Origin: Neoechinorhynchus agilis
Taxonomy: Eukaryota > Animalia > Acanthocephala
Direction: 5' to 3'
Length of the DNA: 64,000 nt
Assembly (NCBI GenBank): GCA_051530055.1
Contig: JBMGUZ010000004.1
Coordinates: forward strand, 73,867-137,866
The notes under the pieces: generated by a model
Databases searched by the model: none
What the model was told of the DNA's origin: nothing
What the model saw: the letters and a program-made list of their open reading frames with translations, nothing else
Position numbers and translations under genes: made by a program
In this document: piece by piece, positions 23,801-37,889 of the stretch
Numbering within the stretch: the stretch's first letter is position 1
Layout: the number at the start of each line of letters is the position of its first letter

Positions 23801-24724
23801 GGGAACATAGTTTGGCATAGCCGACTGTCTTCATGGTCGTCGCTGTCTGAGATAAGCGTACCTTCGCGGTTGCAGAACGCTGGTATTTCTGCCACCTTCG
23901 AACTTGCGGCTGTACTTAAAAGGCACGCCTTGCTGTCCTCCATGGATAAGTCCGTTCTATGACTGTCGATTGTATCTACACTGCTAACTGACAACGGATC
24001 TGCTGCTAATAAAGGTCCGATCGTTTCGTCCGTAGTTTCCGTAATTCCGACACTGACCGAAGGGGGCGTAGGTGCATCGCCATCTTTGGTAATTGCTAAG
24101 CTACACTGATTGCAATGTGAACGCACAGCCGGTAGATTTCGAAAAGATTTGAGGCAGTTACAGCAAAGAAACGTTATTGTCTTGGCGCCATGCGAGCTTT
24201 TTGCGTGTGCCATAATACTGTTGTACCGCCCAATGCCTAAGAGAGACAACTGGCAGGCGGGACACCTAGCCGGCGTGTCATCTATGTTTGAGTACATTAT
24301 GCTTACGGAATCCCTGCGTTCCGAGTGAGGTGATTTTGTCGACGCTTCAGTCATTAACTGTCGATATCTGTTCGGGTATTTTTCCTTGCATCTTCTCAAA
24401 TGGATACCCACACTGCGAGATTCAATGTGTTCGTAGTTATCACATAATGGGCACTGCCAGGCTGCTACGACGGTGTTATGTTGTGCTCTTAGGTGCTCTA
24501 TATGTAGCTTGTTTCGCGTTCGGCCTATGAATTGATCCTCACACAAATGGCAAGCAATATTTTGGACCTCTGTCGACAAAGTAGCATAGCAGATGTTCGC
24601 GTAAGTTGAACTGTTTGCTGTTGTGCTGCTGACTGTCTCTCAGAATTATCTGGGACAAGAGTATCGTCGGTTGTCCTCTCCGCCTCATCATCTAAAATGA
24701 GAGCGGAGTACCTATGGCCTTCTG
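20840..24724 (-). mobile_element. R2-like element 'A' (5' junction in 28S, decayed ORF, 3' end lost)
   Basis: Follows 28S gcgcgggtaaacggtggac. 4 ZF at 24103-24552, OTU-like 23050-23412, RT 21777-22640, REL 20830-21120. Confidence 0.92.
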
Positions 24725-26949
24725 GTCCACCGTTTACCCGCGCTTAAATTAATTTCTTCACTTTAACATTCAGAGAACTGGGCAGAAATCACATTGCGTC
24801 AACACCGATTACAGCTATCGCAATGCTTTGTTTTAATTAAACAGTTGGATTCCCCTTGTCCATACCAGTTCTAGGCCAGCTGTTTAACGCTGATCGGATC
24901 CCCGCGCAAGAAGCGAGCGTACCCGTTTGGATACGTCGAACAAACGCGGAGCATTGCTATCGCTGCCCACAGTACGCAGCACCAAGTTCCGTCCTCGAAA
25001 TCGACTCTTTCGCAAGAGCAAATAACTGAGACAGATCCAAGAGTCGACAACATACCGCTTCTCGCGACAGCCCGGCCAGCTCAGCTTGTAGAGCCAATCC
25101 TTTTTCCGAAGTTACGGATCTAATTTGCCGACTTCCCTTGCCTACGTTTCCCTATCGACTAGAGGCTACTCACCTTGGAGACCTGCTGCGGAAATCAGTA
25201 CGAACAGGTACGGTCTCAATATTCTCGCACCCAGATTTTCAAGGACAATACGAAGCGCTCGGTACATCGCAGGAATCGCGCTGCATTACGGAACGTGTAC
25301 CCTATCAACAGACGATCTAATTCCAGGGATAAAGTTCCTAACAAAGAAGAGAAAACTCTTCCCCAGACTTCGTATAGTTATTCTCTGGGATTGCTCGTGT
25401 CACCACTTATGCTGAACATCATCTGCCCAAGAAGAACATCTGAATAGATCAAGCATAAACCGCATCCTGGCTCGGGAATATTAACCCGATTCCCTTTCGA
25501 TTGTATTGCGCAATGCAACACGCTTAATCACGAATTTGCACGTTTTCTTAGGATCGGCTGATCCATGTCCAAATGTTGTTCACATGGAACCTTTCTCCAC
25601 TTCAGTCTTCAATGCTCTCATTTGAATACTTGCTACTACCACCAAGATCTGCACTAGCGGCGGCTTAACTCCACCTCACGGTGCAAGTTTCAACACCACC
25701 GCATACGCCCTTCTACACGTCAAGCCATTTGTACATTTGTGTCTGGCATCGACGGTCAAGCATGGATATACGTCTCCAGCGCCATCCATTTTCAGGGCCA
25801 GTAAATTCGGCAGGTGAGTTTTTACACACTCCTTAGCGGATTCCTACTTCTGCGGCCACCGTCCTGCTGTCAATATCGACTGACACCTTTCATGGTATCT
25901 AATGAGAGGCACTTTTGGCACCCTAGCTCAACGTTTGGTTCATCCCACATCGCCAGTTCTGCTTACCAAAAATGGCCCACTTGGTGCCATCGCATTTACA
26001 CCCGACACTCAGCAGCAGCATAAGCAACTGTGAAGAAGTGACCGAGCTTATTACCCATTTAAAGTTTGAGAATAGGTCGAGGACAATTCGTCCCCAATGC
26101 CTCTAATCATTCGCTTTACCAGATAAAACTGTCTTATGCAACACCAGCTTTCCTGGGGGAAACTTCGAAGGGAACCAGCTACTAGATGGTTCGATTAGTC
26201 TTTCGCCCCTATACCCAAATCTGACGATTGATTTGCACGTCAAAAACGCTACGGACCTCCACCAGAGTTTCCTCCGGCTTCATCCTACTCAGGCATAGTT
26301 CACCATCTTTCGGGTCTCAACATGTGCGCTCAATTGCGAACAACAACCAACAGTACCTTGCATGTGCCATCCATCATAGGTGATGACCCGGCTAACGGCC
26401 AATAACCGCAGCTGGTTATCACAATCATTAACAAACTCGCGTTAACTATGCTATCCAGCTTTATTGATCTGGATAACTCGCGCATTTGTTGAACTCCTTA
26501 GCCCGTGTTTCAAGACGGTTCAAATGATGCCGCCGTTTTACCCGCATTATCTTCTCGAACATCCGACTGAATCCGCAATCAACATCGACGAACAAGCCTA
26601 ATGCTCAATTTTAGTTTAAAAACTCAACCTCAACCGACCGTTGCCTGCAAAGGCAATTTGACCACCACATAGATATGTGCTCTTGCGAACTCATCCAATG
26701 TCAATTCACCAATATCGACAAAGTCAATAGGTGAAGTTCAACGCGTCTGCGGCAGAGGCAAAGTCATGCAGAGCGTCAGCCAACAAATTGCGATGTACGC
26801 TGCAGTACACATACACGAGTGTGTGTATGTACCAGCAGATAACACATCTGAATTGCCAAGACCGAACCTTATGCGTACCCATTTGCTTTTCAATGTGCAG
26901 TTCCACGTACTATTTAACTCTCTTTTCAAAGTCCTTTTCAACTTTCCCT
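24725..26949 (-). rRNA. 28S: 28S rRNA fragment running up to the R2 insertion region
   Basis: Minus-strand motifs gcagcaggtctccaaggtg, agatccgtaacttcgg, gtgatttctgcccag, aagcgcgggtaaacgg. 5'-truncated at 26949. Confidence 0.95.
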
Positions 26950-26951
26950 TA

Positions 26952-27237
26952 GCATGAACTATTTTTAGACCACATGCTTCTCTGCCATGCTCAGAGAGCT
27001 CTCAATTACGTCAAACCACAATGAACCCCTTTTGTCACATGCTTCTCTGTCGCGCTCAGAGAGCTATCAATTAGGTCAACAACACGAACCTTTTTGCACC
27101 GCACGCTTCTCTGCCCAGCTCATAGAGCTTTCAATTACGTCACACCATCATGAACTCTTTTTACCACATGCTTCTCTGTCGTTCTCAGAGAGCTATCAAT
27201 TAGGTCAACAACATGAACCTTTTTGCACCGCACGCTT
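26952..27237. repeat. 64/65-bp tandem repeat (~4.5 copies, alternating 129-bp dimer)
   Basis: ca(t/c)gctt anchors at 26973, 27038, 27102, 27167 and 27231. Confidence 0.9.
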
Positions 27238-27835
27238 TCGAATATCACAGTTGTAGTTTAGGACGTCGGTCAATTTCGTACATCGCAACGCGCTGATTCC
27301 GAATCTGTATCCAGATTTGCGATAGCTGTAATGGTTCTTGAGTTATTTGTTGTTCAATTTTGAGACAAACTCCCTTGATTATTGATATTAAAACGTCGAT
27401 AAATTTAAGATAAAATGAACTTTTTTAGATCTACTTTTGACGCTGAATTCACCTGCAATAACGGTTTGATGTGGCTTTTTAAATTTTTACACTTAGTTTA
27501 AGGATTGAAGTTCATAAAAGGCACCTGAATTAAATCTGTAGTACTCGTTAGTGGTTACGAAATGATAAAACATTTTGAGCATATATAATGCGCTGATTTC
27601 AATGGTGTTTTCTAATTTTAATGAATCTTGCAAATTTAGTGATCTTTGACTCTTGTAACTTTTGACCAAATATGATAATGCGATTTCCGATTCGAATATT
27701 GCAGCTATAGTTTAGGACGTCGGTTAATTTAGTACATCGCAAAGCGCTGATTCCAAATCTGTATCAAGATTTGCGATATCTGTAATGGTTCTTGAGTTAT
27801 TCGTTATTTAATTTTTAGACAAACTACCTTGATTA
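27238..27835 (-). repeat. ~454-bp satellite C (partial)
   Basis: Matches the arrays at 43.2-44.8, 51.3-53.4 and 58.8-61.9 kb. Confidence 0.85.
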
Positions 27836-29770
27836 TAGATATTGTCAATCAATTTAAGATAGAGGAGAGGGGAAAGTACGGCGCCTTTGGGGACCCCTTT
27901 AAATATCGGTAGAGAAGAGGAGCAAGAAGTTCCACATTGAATATATTGTTTGTAGTTAGAGAGGAAAGAGGAAATCCAAGCGAGTTGCAAAGTTGGGAGG
28001 CCAAAGCAAGCACATGATTGGAGGAGAAGGGAGTGATCTACCGGCTCGAACGCCCTGGAAATATCCAGTTGCATGAGACGGACGGTTGATGCTGGCTTGG
28101 AATCTAAGCTGCGCCCAAGCGTATCGTAGATGCAGAGGAGGGCATCAGAACAAGAGTAATTGGGACGGAAAGCGAATTGGGAAGAGGAGATGTTTTTGGG
28201 GAAGAAGTGATGTAGACGGGTTTTAAAACATTTTTCTAAGATTTTAGAGAAAGGTGAGAGGATAGAGATGGGGCGATAGGATGTGGGGGAAATCTGCTTA
28301 TCGTTTTTGGGTAGGGGGACGACACGGGCTTCCTTAAGACACGATGGGAAAGATCCCAATAGAAAGCTAAGGTTCGTCATGTGCATTAGAGGATCGATAA
28401 GTTCCGGGATGATGAGGCGAACGGCCCAATTCGGGATAGTCGAATTAGGTGAAGAATGACGGGGCAGGCGTTTAACGATCTCTAGGATTTCGAGAGGGGA
28501 AACTAAGGAAGGGCATGTATGAATGGGCTGGTCAGAAAGTTAGAAGGGAGGTTGGGACAATAGATGGGAGGTTTAGGGAGGACAGAGGTTTTTATTCATG
28601 GAGTTAAGAATTGAGAGGAGATCAGATTTGGGGAGAGATGCGAAGGGGGCGGATCTACCAAGACCAGTGCCATTTTTTATTTCACGCCACCAGTTTTGAT
28701 TGGGGACGGACGAGATGAGAGGAATAATTTGCGGGCTATACGGATGCGTTTTGTCAGTCTGGAGTATAGGGAGGGGTAAGCAGGATTACCTGACCGGAAA
28801 GCTTTGGTCACCTGGATTTGAAGGGTTTTTAGAAAAGGCGAGAACCATAGAGGGTCGCGGTTCGAGATTCGTATTGTTTTGCGAGGAAAGGAGATCTTCA
28901 TCGTAGATTCTATTAGATTTAACAAAGAGCCCATTGCAATCGAGGGGTCGGTGCCAAAGATGGTAGAGCAGTTCTGCGTGATAAGAGTATTGACACATGC
29001 AGCAAAGGCTTGGGTATGATGATCACGTTTATCCCAGACAACGTAGGGGTCGGAAAAGGAACGTTTTTGAGGTGATGAGGGGGAGAGAAGGATGGAACAA
29101 TGGTCAGGTGAGGCGATCGGGGGAGTTCGGTAGTGCACGAGTATTGCCTGATGTTTGAGAAAATTTTATCAAGGCGGGAGGAGAAGCGTGTGGGGAAAGT
29201 AGCGAGTTGGGAGAGATGAGAGAGCGAGGGCAGGATCGGCAGTTTGTTAAAATCGCCCAATATGATGAAGTGATCTGAGGAAGTGGAAAGTAGGTCAGTA
29301 AATAAGGGGTCTATTTGTTGAAGTGTGTTGGGGATGTTTGAGGAAGGAGGGCGATAAAGGCCAGCGATAGAGATCTCACGTTGGCCATTGCGAAGGGGGA
29401 GATGAAGTTGGATGTGTAGCCATTCAAGATCGTCGGAGATGAAAAGGTAGGGTGAAGAGCAATGGTAAGGGAGAGAGGCGCGGATGAAGATCGATATGAC
29501 TCCCCCGTTTAGGAAGTCCCTTGTGAGGTTAAAAGCTTGAAAGTTCTGAAGGAAGACAGATAATTCGCTATGGGGTGAGAGCCATGTTTCCGTAATTACA
29601 AGGATGTCGGTGTTGCAAGAAGAGGCCACTATATAGAGCTATTCCAGTTTGGGGAGGAGGCTGTGGATGTTAGAATAAAAGATTATTGGAAAGGGATGTT
29701 TAGAAGGGACATGAGGGGTGGACACTGCCGGAGAGGGTTGAAGCTACGCAGAGAGAGAATGGATGGGAAT
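27820..29770 (-). mobile_element. Decayed L2/CR1-group LINE ORF2 (APE endonuclease and RT)
   Basis: NIHSLLPK..DILVITETWL, YRPP, ILGDFN, SPDH; YRPISILSPFSKILEK, QFAFRP, DISRAF, GVPKGAVLSPLL. Multiple frameshifts. Confidence 0.88.
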
Positions 29771-29789
29771 TGCGCGTCTGAACATACTG

Positions 29790-30725
29790 CTTCCATCCGC
29801 AATATTTCGAGAGTGGTTTTGCCGGATGAAGTCTTGGAGCTACTCAGCTATGGTCCGGATTTTATTCCCTACAATCGATCAAAGAGAATCAACTATAGAA
29901 TCAAGTTAGAAAATATCGCAATGAGAGTGGAAGTAGATAATCTAGATATCCCGATAAGGAAAATCGAGTGTTTCTATGAATCTGCCTTCAAGAGGAGAGG
30001 AGTGGATTCAAATGTTTCACGAAGGATGCTAAGAGGGGTGGATATGCTCAGGTTACTCACACAGATAGTTCCATTGAAGATCGATAAAGGATATGGGTAC
30101 TGTGTAGTTAGTCAGCAACAGTATATTGGTGCAAGAGAGGAAATCTTAAATGGAGCTGAATTTTCAGGATTGTCTAAATGCCCAACGTCCAGCCGTAAAA
30201 AGGTATTTAATTCCTTTCTTTTGAACCTCAAAAAAAGAGGCAGGCTTCCGGATGTGGATTATAAGATCCTTCGCTCTACCGATGCGAAAACGCCAAAAAT
30301 GTACTTGCGAAGGTACATAAAGAGCCTGCCAAGTTAAGACCAATAATTGCAGCACACTCCACTTTCTGCACGAACATCTCAAGGATAATGAATAGCTGGT
30401 ATGTTGAGGAGCCCAATGGGATCTTCGGACTGTAATAATTCCTTTAACCAAAACGACGGCTTTATTTCAACAAAAATGGAGTATAGGAAATGATGCGGCG
30501 CTAGTTAACATTCGCACCCAACTACGCATCGACACACTACTGATCTACGCATCGACACAATATTGATTATTATACCACGGAGAAGGTGTTGTCTTCGGGA
30601 GCTAACTTCGTATCAAGATTGAAATCATCGTGGAATTCCAAGTATAGAATGATGTCGGCAGATGTGGTTTCTCTGTTGACGAAAATTCCTATCGATGAAG
30701 TAATAGAACTCGCAGTTCCAATCCT
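29790..30725 (+). mobile_element. Penelope-like element RT fragment
   Basis: LSYGPDF, KIDKG..CVV, TPKMY..K..KLRPII, and DVVSLLTKIPIDEVI (~30660) match PLE RT motifs. Confidence 0.75.
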
Positions 30726-30769
30726 GTTTAACGAATGCTCATGGAATATCTAGTTTTGAGCAAATAACA

Positions 30770-31345
30770 TACAGGACAACAGCAATCGAGCTTGGTGTTT
30801 GATATCTGCTTTATTTTTTTCGTTGTTTACATCGAAAACATGTTTAATCAATAATGCGTTCACTATTCATGAAGTCATACCAACGTCCGCCTTTTACTCG
30901 TTTCAAAAACGTCACCAGTTTTAAAAATTAGAACACGTGCTCACGCAATATCTTCTCATTTTGAGCAAATAGCATACAGGAAAAAAGAAATCGACTGCAT
31001 TTTTTTTATTGGTTCCTAAGTTTTTTCGTTTTTAATATCAAAAACGTGACGTCATCAGCTTAAAAATAGTACACGTGCTCGTGTAATATCTTCATATTTT
31101 AGGCAAATAACATACAGGAAAACCGAAATCGAGTGCAGTGTTTTAGTGCTGCTTGAGCTTTTTCCTTGTGTAAATGGAAAACATGTTGTTACGTCCGCCG
31201 TTCACTCGCTTAGAAGGCGTCATCAGTTTTATAAATTCAAAGACGTACTCATGCAATATATTCAGATTTTTAGTAAATTACATACACGAAAAAAGAAATC
31301 GAATGCAGTGTTTCACTGGCGCTTCAGTTTATTCTCTTTTATTCC
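30770..31345 (-). repeat. Satellite B (inverted)
   Basis: cacgtgctcatgcaatatcttctgatt-type units. Confidence 0.8.
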
Positions 31346-31889
31346 GAAAACATGACGTCATCGATGCGGATCTTATGTCGAACAACAACTAACATGAGTT
31401 TAATTTTGATCGTTAAAACCAATCATCAGCCAATAATTAACATCATCTTATGTGACGTAATTATTTCCAATATCAACAAAGCTCCACCGAGAAATCAACC
31501 ATTGGTTAATTTCAACTCTAATGTCAATACATCGTAGCACAATGGCTATTTCGTCTTAATTAGGCGAGACAATTAAGCAAGCACCATATCACGGTTTACA
31601 CTACCAAATATAATACTCAGCATAGCAAAAGCCAATGCAGGCATTGGCGAAACGACGGCGGAAAGGGCAGCCATCTCATGTATAACAAGGTTTTGAACCC
31701 TGCTAAAAAAAAGGTGATACAACGTTTGCAAAAACACAGTTTTGGTTTGAAACCGAAACACTAAACATCCCTACTTCAACCAAGAACGATATTCAACATC
31801 CGTTTACGCCATTTATATGAGTCATCCGCAGTTCCAACTGACCCGTAGGCTAGACAATTTTTCACGTAAACAAAACACCATCGATTGGC

Positions 31890-34800
31890 ATGTTTTTATT
31901 CCATTGATAATGTTTTCCAAATGCGCGTCTAAGTTAAAGCGAAGCACTAAGAGTTAGTACACGAATGCGTTTCAAAATCTCTTGTTTTCATTTGATTGAT
32001 AACGTTTTCCAAATGCGCGTCTAAATTAAAGTGAAGAACTAAGAGTGAGTACACGAATGCGTTTTCAAATCTTTTGTTTTTATTTGATTGATAATGTTTC
32101 TCAAAAGCGCGTCTAAATTAAAGTGAAGCACTAAGAGTGAGTACACGAATGCGTTTTCAAATCTCTTGTTTTTATTTGATTGATAATGTTTTCCAAAAGC
32201 GCGTCTAAATTAAAGTGAAGCACTAAGAGTGAGTACACGAATGCGTTTTCAAATCTCTTGTTTTTATTTATTGATGATGTTTTTCAAAAGCGCGTCTAAA
32301 TTAAAGTGAAGCACTAAGAGTGAGTGCACGAATGCGTTTTCAAATCTCTTGTTTTTATTTGATTGATAATGTTTTTCAAAAGCGCGTCTAAATTAAAGTG
32401 AAGCACTAAGAGTGAGTACACGAATGCGTTTTAAAATCTCTTGTTTTCATTTGATTGATAATGTTTTCCAAATGCGCGTCTAAATTAAAGTGAAGAACTA
32501 AGAGTGAGTACACGAATGCGTTTTCAAATCTCTTGTTTTTTTGATTGATAATGTTTTCATAAAGCGCGTCCAAATTAAAGTGAAGCACAAAGAGTTAGTA
32601 CACGAATGCGTTTTAAAATCTCGAGTTTTTAATTTATTGATAATGTTTTTCAAAAGCGCGTCTAAATTAAATTGAAGCACTAAGAGTGAGTACAGGAATG
32701 CGTTTTCAAATCTCTTGTTTTTATTTGATTGATAATCTTTTCCAAAAGCGCGTCTAAATTAAAGCAAAGAACTGAGAGTGAGTACAAGAATGCGTTTTCA
32801 AATGTTTTGTTTTTATTTGATTGATAATGTTTTCCAAAAGCGCGTCCAAATAAAGGTGAAGCAATAAGAGTGAGTACACGAATGCGTTTTCAATTCCCTT
32901 GTTTTTATTTGATTGATAATGTTTTAAAAAAGCTCGTCTGAATTAAAGGGACGCACTAATAGTGAGTACACGAATGCGTTTCTAAATCTCTTGTTTTCAT
33001 TTCATTGATAAATTTTTCCAAATGCGCGTCTAAATTAAAGCGAAGCACTAAGAGTTAGTGCACGAAAGCGTTTTCAAATCTTTTGTTTTTATTTGATTGA
33101 TAATGTTTTCCAAAAGCGCGTCTAAATTAAAGCGAAGCACTAAGAGCTAGTGCACGAAAGCGTTTTCAAATCTTTTGTTTTTATTTGATTGATAATGTTT
33201 TTCAAAGGCGCGTCTAAATTATAGCGAAGCACTAAGAGTGAGTGCACGAATGCGTTTTCAAATCTCGAGTTTTCATCTGATTTATGATGTTTTCCAAATG
33301 ACCGTCTAAACTAAAGTGAAGCGCTAAAATTGTGTTCACGGATGCGTATTCAAATCTCTTCTTTTCATTTGATTGATAATGTTTTCCGAATGCGTGTCTA
33401 AATTAAATAGAAGCATTAAGAGTTAGTACACGAATGCGTTATAAAATCTCGAGTTTTCATTTGATTGATAATGTTTTTCAAAAGCGCAACCTAATTAAAG
33501 CGAAGCACTAAGAGTGAGTACACGAATGCGTTTTCAAATCTCGAATTTTTATTTGATTCATAATGTTTTTCAAAAGCGCGTCTAAATTAAAGCGAAGCAC
33601 TAAGAGTGAGTACACGAATGCTTTCTCAAATCTGTTGTTTTTATTTGATTGATATTGTTTTCCAAAAGCGCGATAAATTAAAGTGAAGAACTAAGAGTGA
33701 GTACACGAATGCGTTTCAAAATCTCTTGTTTTCATTTGATTGATAATGTTTTCGAAATGCGCGTCTAAATTAAAGTGAAGAGCTAAGATACAGTATACGA
33801 ATGCGTTTTCAAATTTCTTGTTTTTATTTGATTGATAACGTTTTCCAAAAGCGCGTCTAAATTAAAGCGAAGAACTAAGAGTGAGTACATGAATGCGTTT
33901 TCAAATGTTTTGTTTTTATTTGATTGATGATGTTTTCCAAAAGCGCGTCCAAATTAAGGTGAAGCACTAAAAGTTAGTACGCGAATGCGTTTTCAGATCC
34001 CTTGTTTTTATTTGATTGGTAATGTTTTCGAAAATCGCGCTAAAGTTAAAGCGAGGCACTAAGAGTGAGTACACGAATGCGTTTTCAAATCTTTTGTTTT
34101 TATTTGATTGATAATGTTTTTCATAAATCGCGTCCAAATTAAAGCGAAGCACTAAGAGTTACTACACGAATGCGTTTTAAAATCTCGAGCTTTGATTTGA
34201 TTGATGATGCTTTTCAAAAGCGCATCTAAATTAAAGCGAAGCACTAAGAGTTAGTTTACGAATGCGTTTTAAAATCTCGAGTTTTTATTTTATTGATAAT
34301 GTTTTTCAAAAGCGCGTCCAAATTAAAGCGAAGCACTAAGAGTGAGTACAAGAATGCGTTTTCAAATGTTTTGTTTTTATTTGATTGATAATGTTTTTTT
34401 AAAATCGCGTCTAAATTAAAGCGAAGCACTAAGAGTGAGTACACGAATGCGTTTTCAAATCTTTTGTTTTTATATGATTTATTATGTTTTCCCAAAGCGC
34501 GTCCAAATTAAAGCGAAGCACGAAGAGTTAGTACTCGAATGCGTTTTCAAATCTCTTGTTTTTATTGGATTGATAATTTTTTCCAAAAGCGCGTCCAAAT
34601 TAAAGCGAAGCACGAAGAGTCGGCACAGGATTGCGTTTTCAAATCTCTTGTTTTTATTTCATTGATAATGCTTTCAAAAAGCGCGTCTAAATTAAGGTCA
34701 AGCTGTAAGAGTGAGTACACGAATGCGTTTTCAAATATCTTGTTTTTATTTGATTGATAGTGTTTTCCAAATGCGCGTCTAAATTAAAGTGAAGCGATAA

Positions 34801-35400
34801 AATTGAGTTCACGGATGCGTATTCAAATCTCTTGTCTTCATTTGATTGATAATGTTTTCCGAATGCGCGTCTAAATTAAAGCGAAGCATTAAGAGTTAGT
34901 ACACGAATGCGCTATAAAATCTCGAGTTTTTATTTGATTGATAATGTTTTTCAAAAGCGCGTCTAAATTAAAGCGAAGCACTAAGAGTGAGTACACGAAT
35001 GCGTTTTCAAATCTCTTGTTTTTATTTGATTGATTATGTTTTCCAAAAGCGCGTCTAAATTAAAGCGAAGCGCGAAGAGTGAGTATTCGAACGCGTTTTA
35101 AAATCTCTTATTTTTATTTGATTGATAATGTTTTCCAAGTGCGCGTCAAAATTAAGGTGAAGATCTAAAATTGAGTACACGAACGCGTTTTGAATTCTCA
35201 TATTTTTATTTGATTGGTAATGTTTTCCAAATGCTCGTCTAAATTAAAGTGAAGATCTGGGAGTTAGCACAATAATGCATTTTGTAATCTCTTATTTTTA
35301 TTGTATTGATATTGTTTTCCAAAAACGCGTCCAAATTAAAGTCAAGCACTAGGAGGTTGTACACAAATGCGTTTTCAAATCTCGGTTTTTATTTGGTTGA
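31890..35400 (+). repeat. 92-bp satellite A array (homogeneous at its left end)
   Basis: Near-consensus units at 32.0-32.5 kb. Confidence 0.95.
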
Positions 35401-35880
35401 TATGGCTCACAATCAGAAGATATTGCATGAGCATGTGTTTAAATTTTTAAATTTTATGACTTTTTGCAACCAATAAATGGCGGACGAAAGTTTTACTAGC
35501 TTAATGGTAAACGCGTTATGGATTGAATGTGTTTTCGATATAAACGGCGGAAAAAATAGAGCAGCAATAAAACACCGGTGTCGATTTCTGTCTTTCTGTA
35601 GGTTATTTGCTCATAATCTGAAGATGTTGCTTAAGCACATGTTCTAATTTTGAAGTAGATAACGTCATATTTTCGATATAAACCACGAAAAAAATAAAGC
35701 AGCAATAATGCACCTAAGTCTATTTCGGTTTGCCACTATGTTATGTTGTCAAAATCAGAATATATTGCATGAGAACGTATTCTAATTTTTAAACCGATGA
35801 CTTCTTGTTTGCGATGTAAAAAACCCAAGCACCAATAAAACACTGCAGTAGATTTCTGTTTTCCTGTATGTTATTTGTAA
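35401..35880 (+). repeat. Satellite B
   Basis: Same satA/satB junction as at 8766 (atggctcacaatcagaagatattgc). Confidence 0.85.
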
Positions 35881-36217
35881 AGAAACGGAGAGGATCCCAA
35901 ATGGATTATAGACCGTGGAATCAAAAGCAGGAAGTACCACCCACACAACAACCACAACCAAAAATCGCCCGCAGAGCCTATATGTTTTGAAAGAGTGGAC
36001 TTCATCGATGATGAAACAAATCAAATGATATATTCCATTAGAGCACCAGTTTTTTGGCCTGCCCAAAAAGGAACGGCAATAAAAGAATCATACTCGGTGG
36101 AGTTGAAATGAGGTAGTCAATTATAAAATTGAGATATATTATGAACACTTTCCCTTTCTTGAAATAAAAAATGGAAGTTCTAAGGATGCGAACATATATC
36201 ATCTCGAAAGTGTCTGC

Positions 36218-37240
36218 GAACAATAGTGTTCATGGAGGCTTTCGGGCGATTTGCTTAGAACCCAACACATCCATGATCGTGACGAATAGGAACGGACTGA
36301 GAGCTGATCCCTGATGCAACCCAACTGTAACCTCAAAACAGTTTGTCTCTCCCAGACTGCATCTGACACATGTGCGGGAGCCTTCGAACATGATCATGAT
36401 TGCTCTTATGTATTCCTCGAACAGTTCTTTTTTCTGAGGCACGTCCATATTAGGTCTCTCGGCACTGTATCATAGGCTTTCTCAAGGTCCACTAATACAT
36501 TGTATAGAGGCTTTTGGTTTTTCATTGTATCTCTCGTACAATTGTCTGATTAGAAAGATCAATTCTGTTGTTCTCCACCCTGGCATAAAACTTCTCTGAT
36601 GTTTTCCATGCGGATATCTTCTCCCAGTCTACTCTTTAGAAGCCTTTCATATAGTTTCATTGTGTGACTCATAAGCTTTATGCCCCTATAGTTACTGCAT
36701 TGTTCAATATCTCCTTTTCGTAGATCGGAAAGCTTCGGGCATTTTCCCGATTTGTGATTACTTCGATATAGATTTGTCAACACTTGGATACCAAAATGAC
36801 AGAACGCTTTCCATATTTCGATCGGGATACCATCCGGTTCAACGCTTTTCCCCATTTTCATGCGTCCAAGCTCTCTCGCAACTTCATTGTAGGAGAACGG
36901 TCGCACTGCATTCGTGCTCAGGAGTTTATCGAAATACTCTCGCCATCTTAGAAGAACCTCGTTTTCGTTTCACAACGTACTTCCCGACGAATCCTTGATC
37001 CTTTTGATACTGGAAATATCCGTTGACTTTTGTCGCGAATTTGTGCGATCTTGAAGATCTTTCCACTCCCATTGCCTTTTTCTAGTGCCTCATAGATCTC
37101 TCTATCCGCCTCTCGCTTTGCCATCGCGCATTCCCTTCTCGCTTTTTCTTTTCCTGTTTTAAATCCTAATGAGATGCAACTGTTCGAGCCTGGTCCCATA
37201 TCTTCTTAGTTTCTTTTAACCCTTGGGTTCCACCACCACT
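36218..37240 (-). mobile_element. RTE-clade LINE, RT N-terminal/central fragment
   Basis: GKSVEPDGIP, NYRGIKLMSHTMKLYER, VGLHQGSALSPFLF. Overlaps the 11870-11930 copy. Confidence 0.88.
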
Positions 37241-37889
37241 TCTCTTTACCTGATGGAAGCGGTTTGCCTGATGCACATTACCAGACGAGAGGAGCTCAAC
37301 ACCCGAAATGGCAAAACCAGAGTCTGCAATCGATGCTGAACTGATTCGCGAGGAACGCGAGCTTTATAATCAAGAAGTAATTGCATACGGAAATCAATAC
37401 CCTGCCTCTGTCCGATCATCTTCACTGGTAAGTGGTACAAAAGTGCAAAGCCAGGTTTGCTATGTTCATCATACGCCACAGTCATTATGCCAGTGTGAAG
37501 GGACACAATAAAGGCAGACTGTAAAGTCGTGTCATTTTTTTACAGTGGTCGAGGCGTATTTGAGCGTACTGGTTGTTCTGTACAAGAAAAGCCTCCATCC
37601 AAGGTTCACGGGTTTTCTTGAGACGGAGATGCAAATCATCCGTTGACCGGAAGGATCAAGTAATGGGGATGTGTTAACGCTGCTGCTACGCGATATGCGC
37701 AGTATTGTCGGTGTGGCCGTAGTGTTGAGGTATCGGAAGTTATCCGGGCGCGACAGCTTGGTTTTAAAATCATCAAGTTTAGGGAGGGTCCGGTGGAAAA
37801 AGGTAGCTACGAAAATAAGAGGGGAGGTTCAAGACAAGGAGGATTACTATGCGCAAGTAGCGAAACAAGTGTGAACAGCACTGGAGTAC

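Noticed and set aside
31573-31761. Hydrophobic 62-aa ORF
   Set aside because: Might be an exon fragment, but there is no identifiable homology.
32406-34757. Repeating ORFs in satA and satC (also 5.4-7.4, 52-53 and 54.8-56.8 kb)
   Set aside because: Satellite translations with no domain signal.
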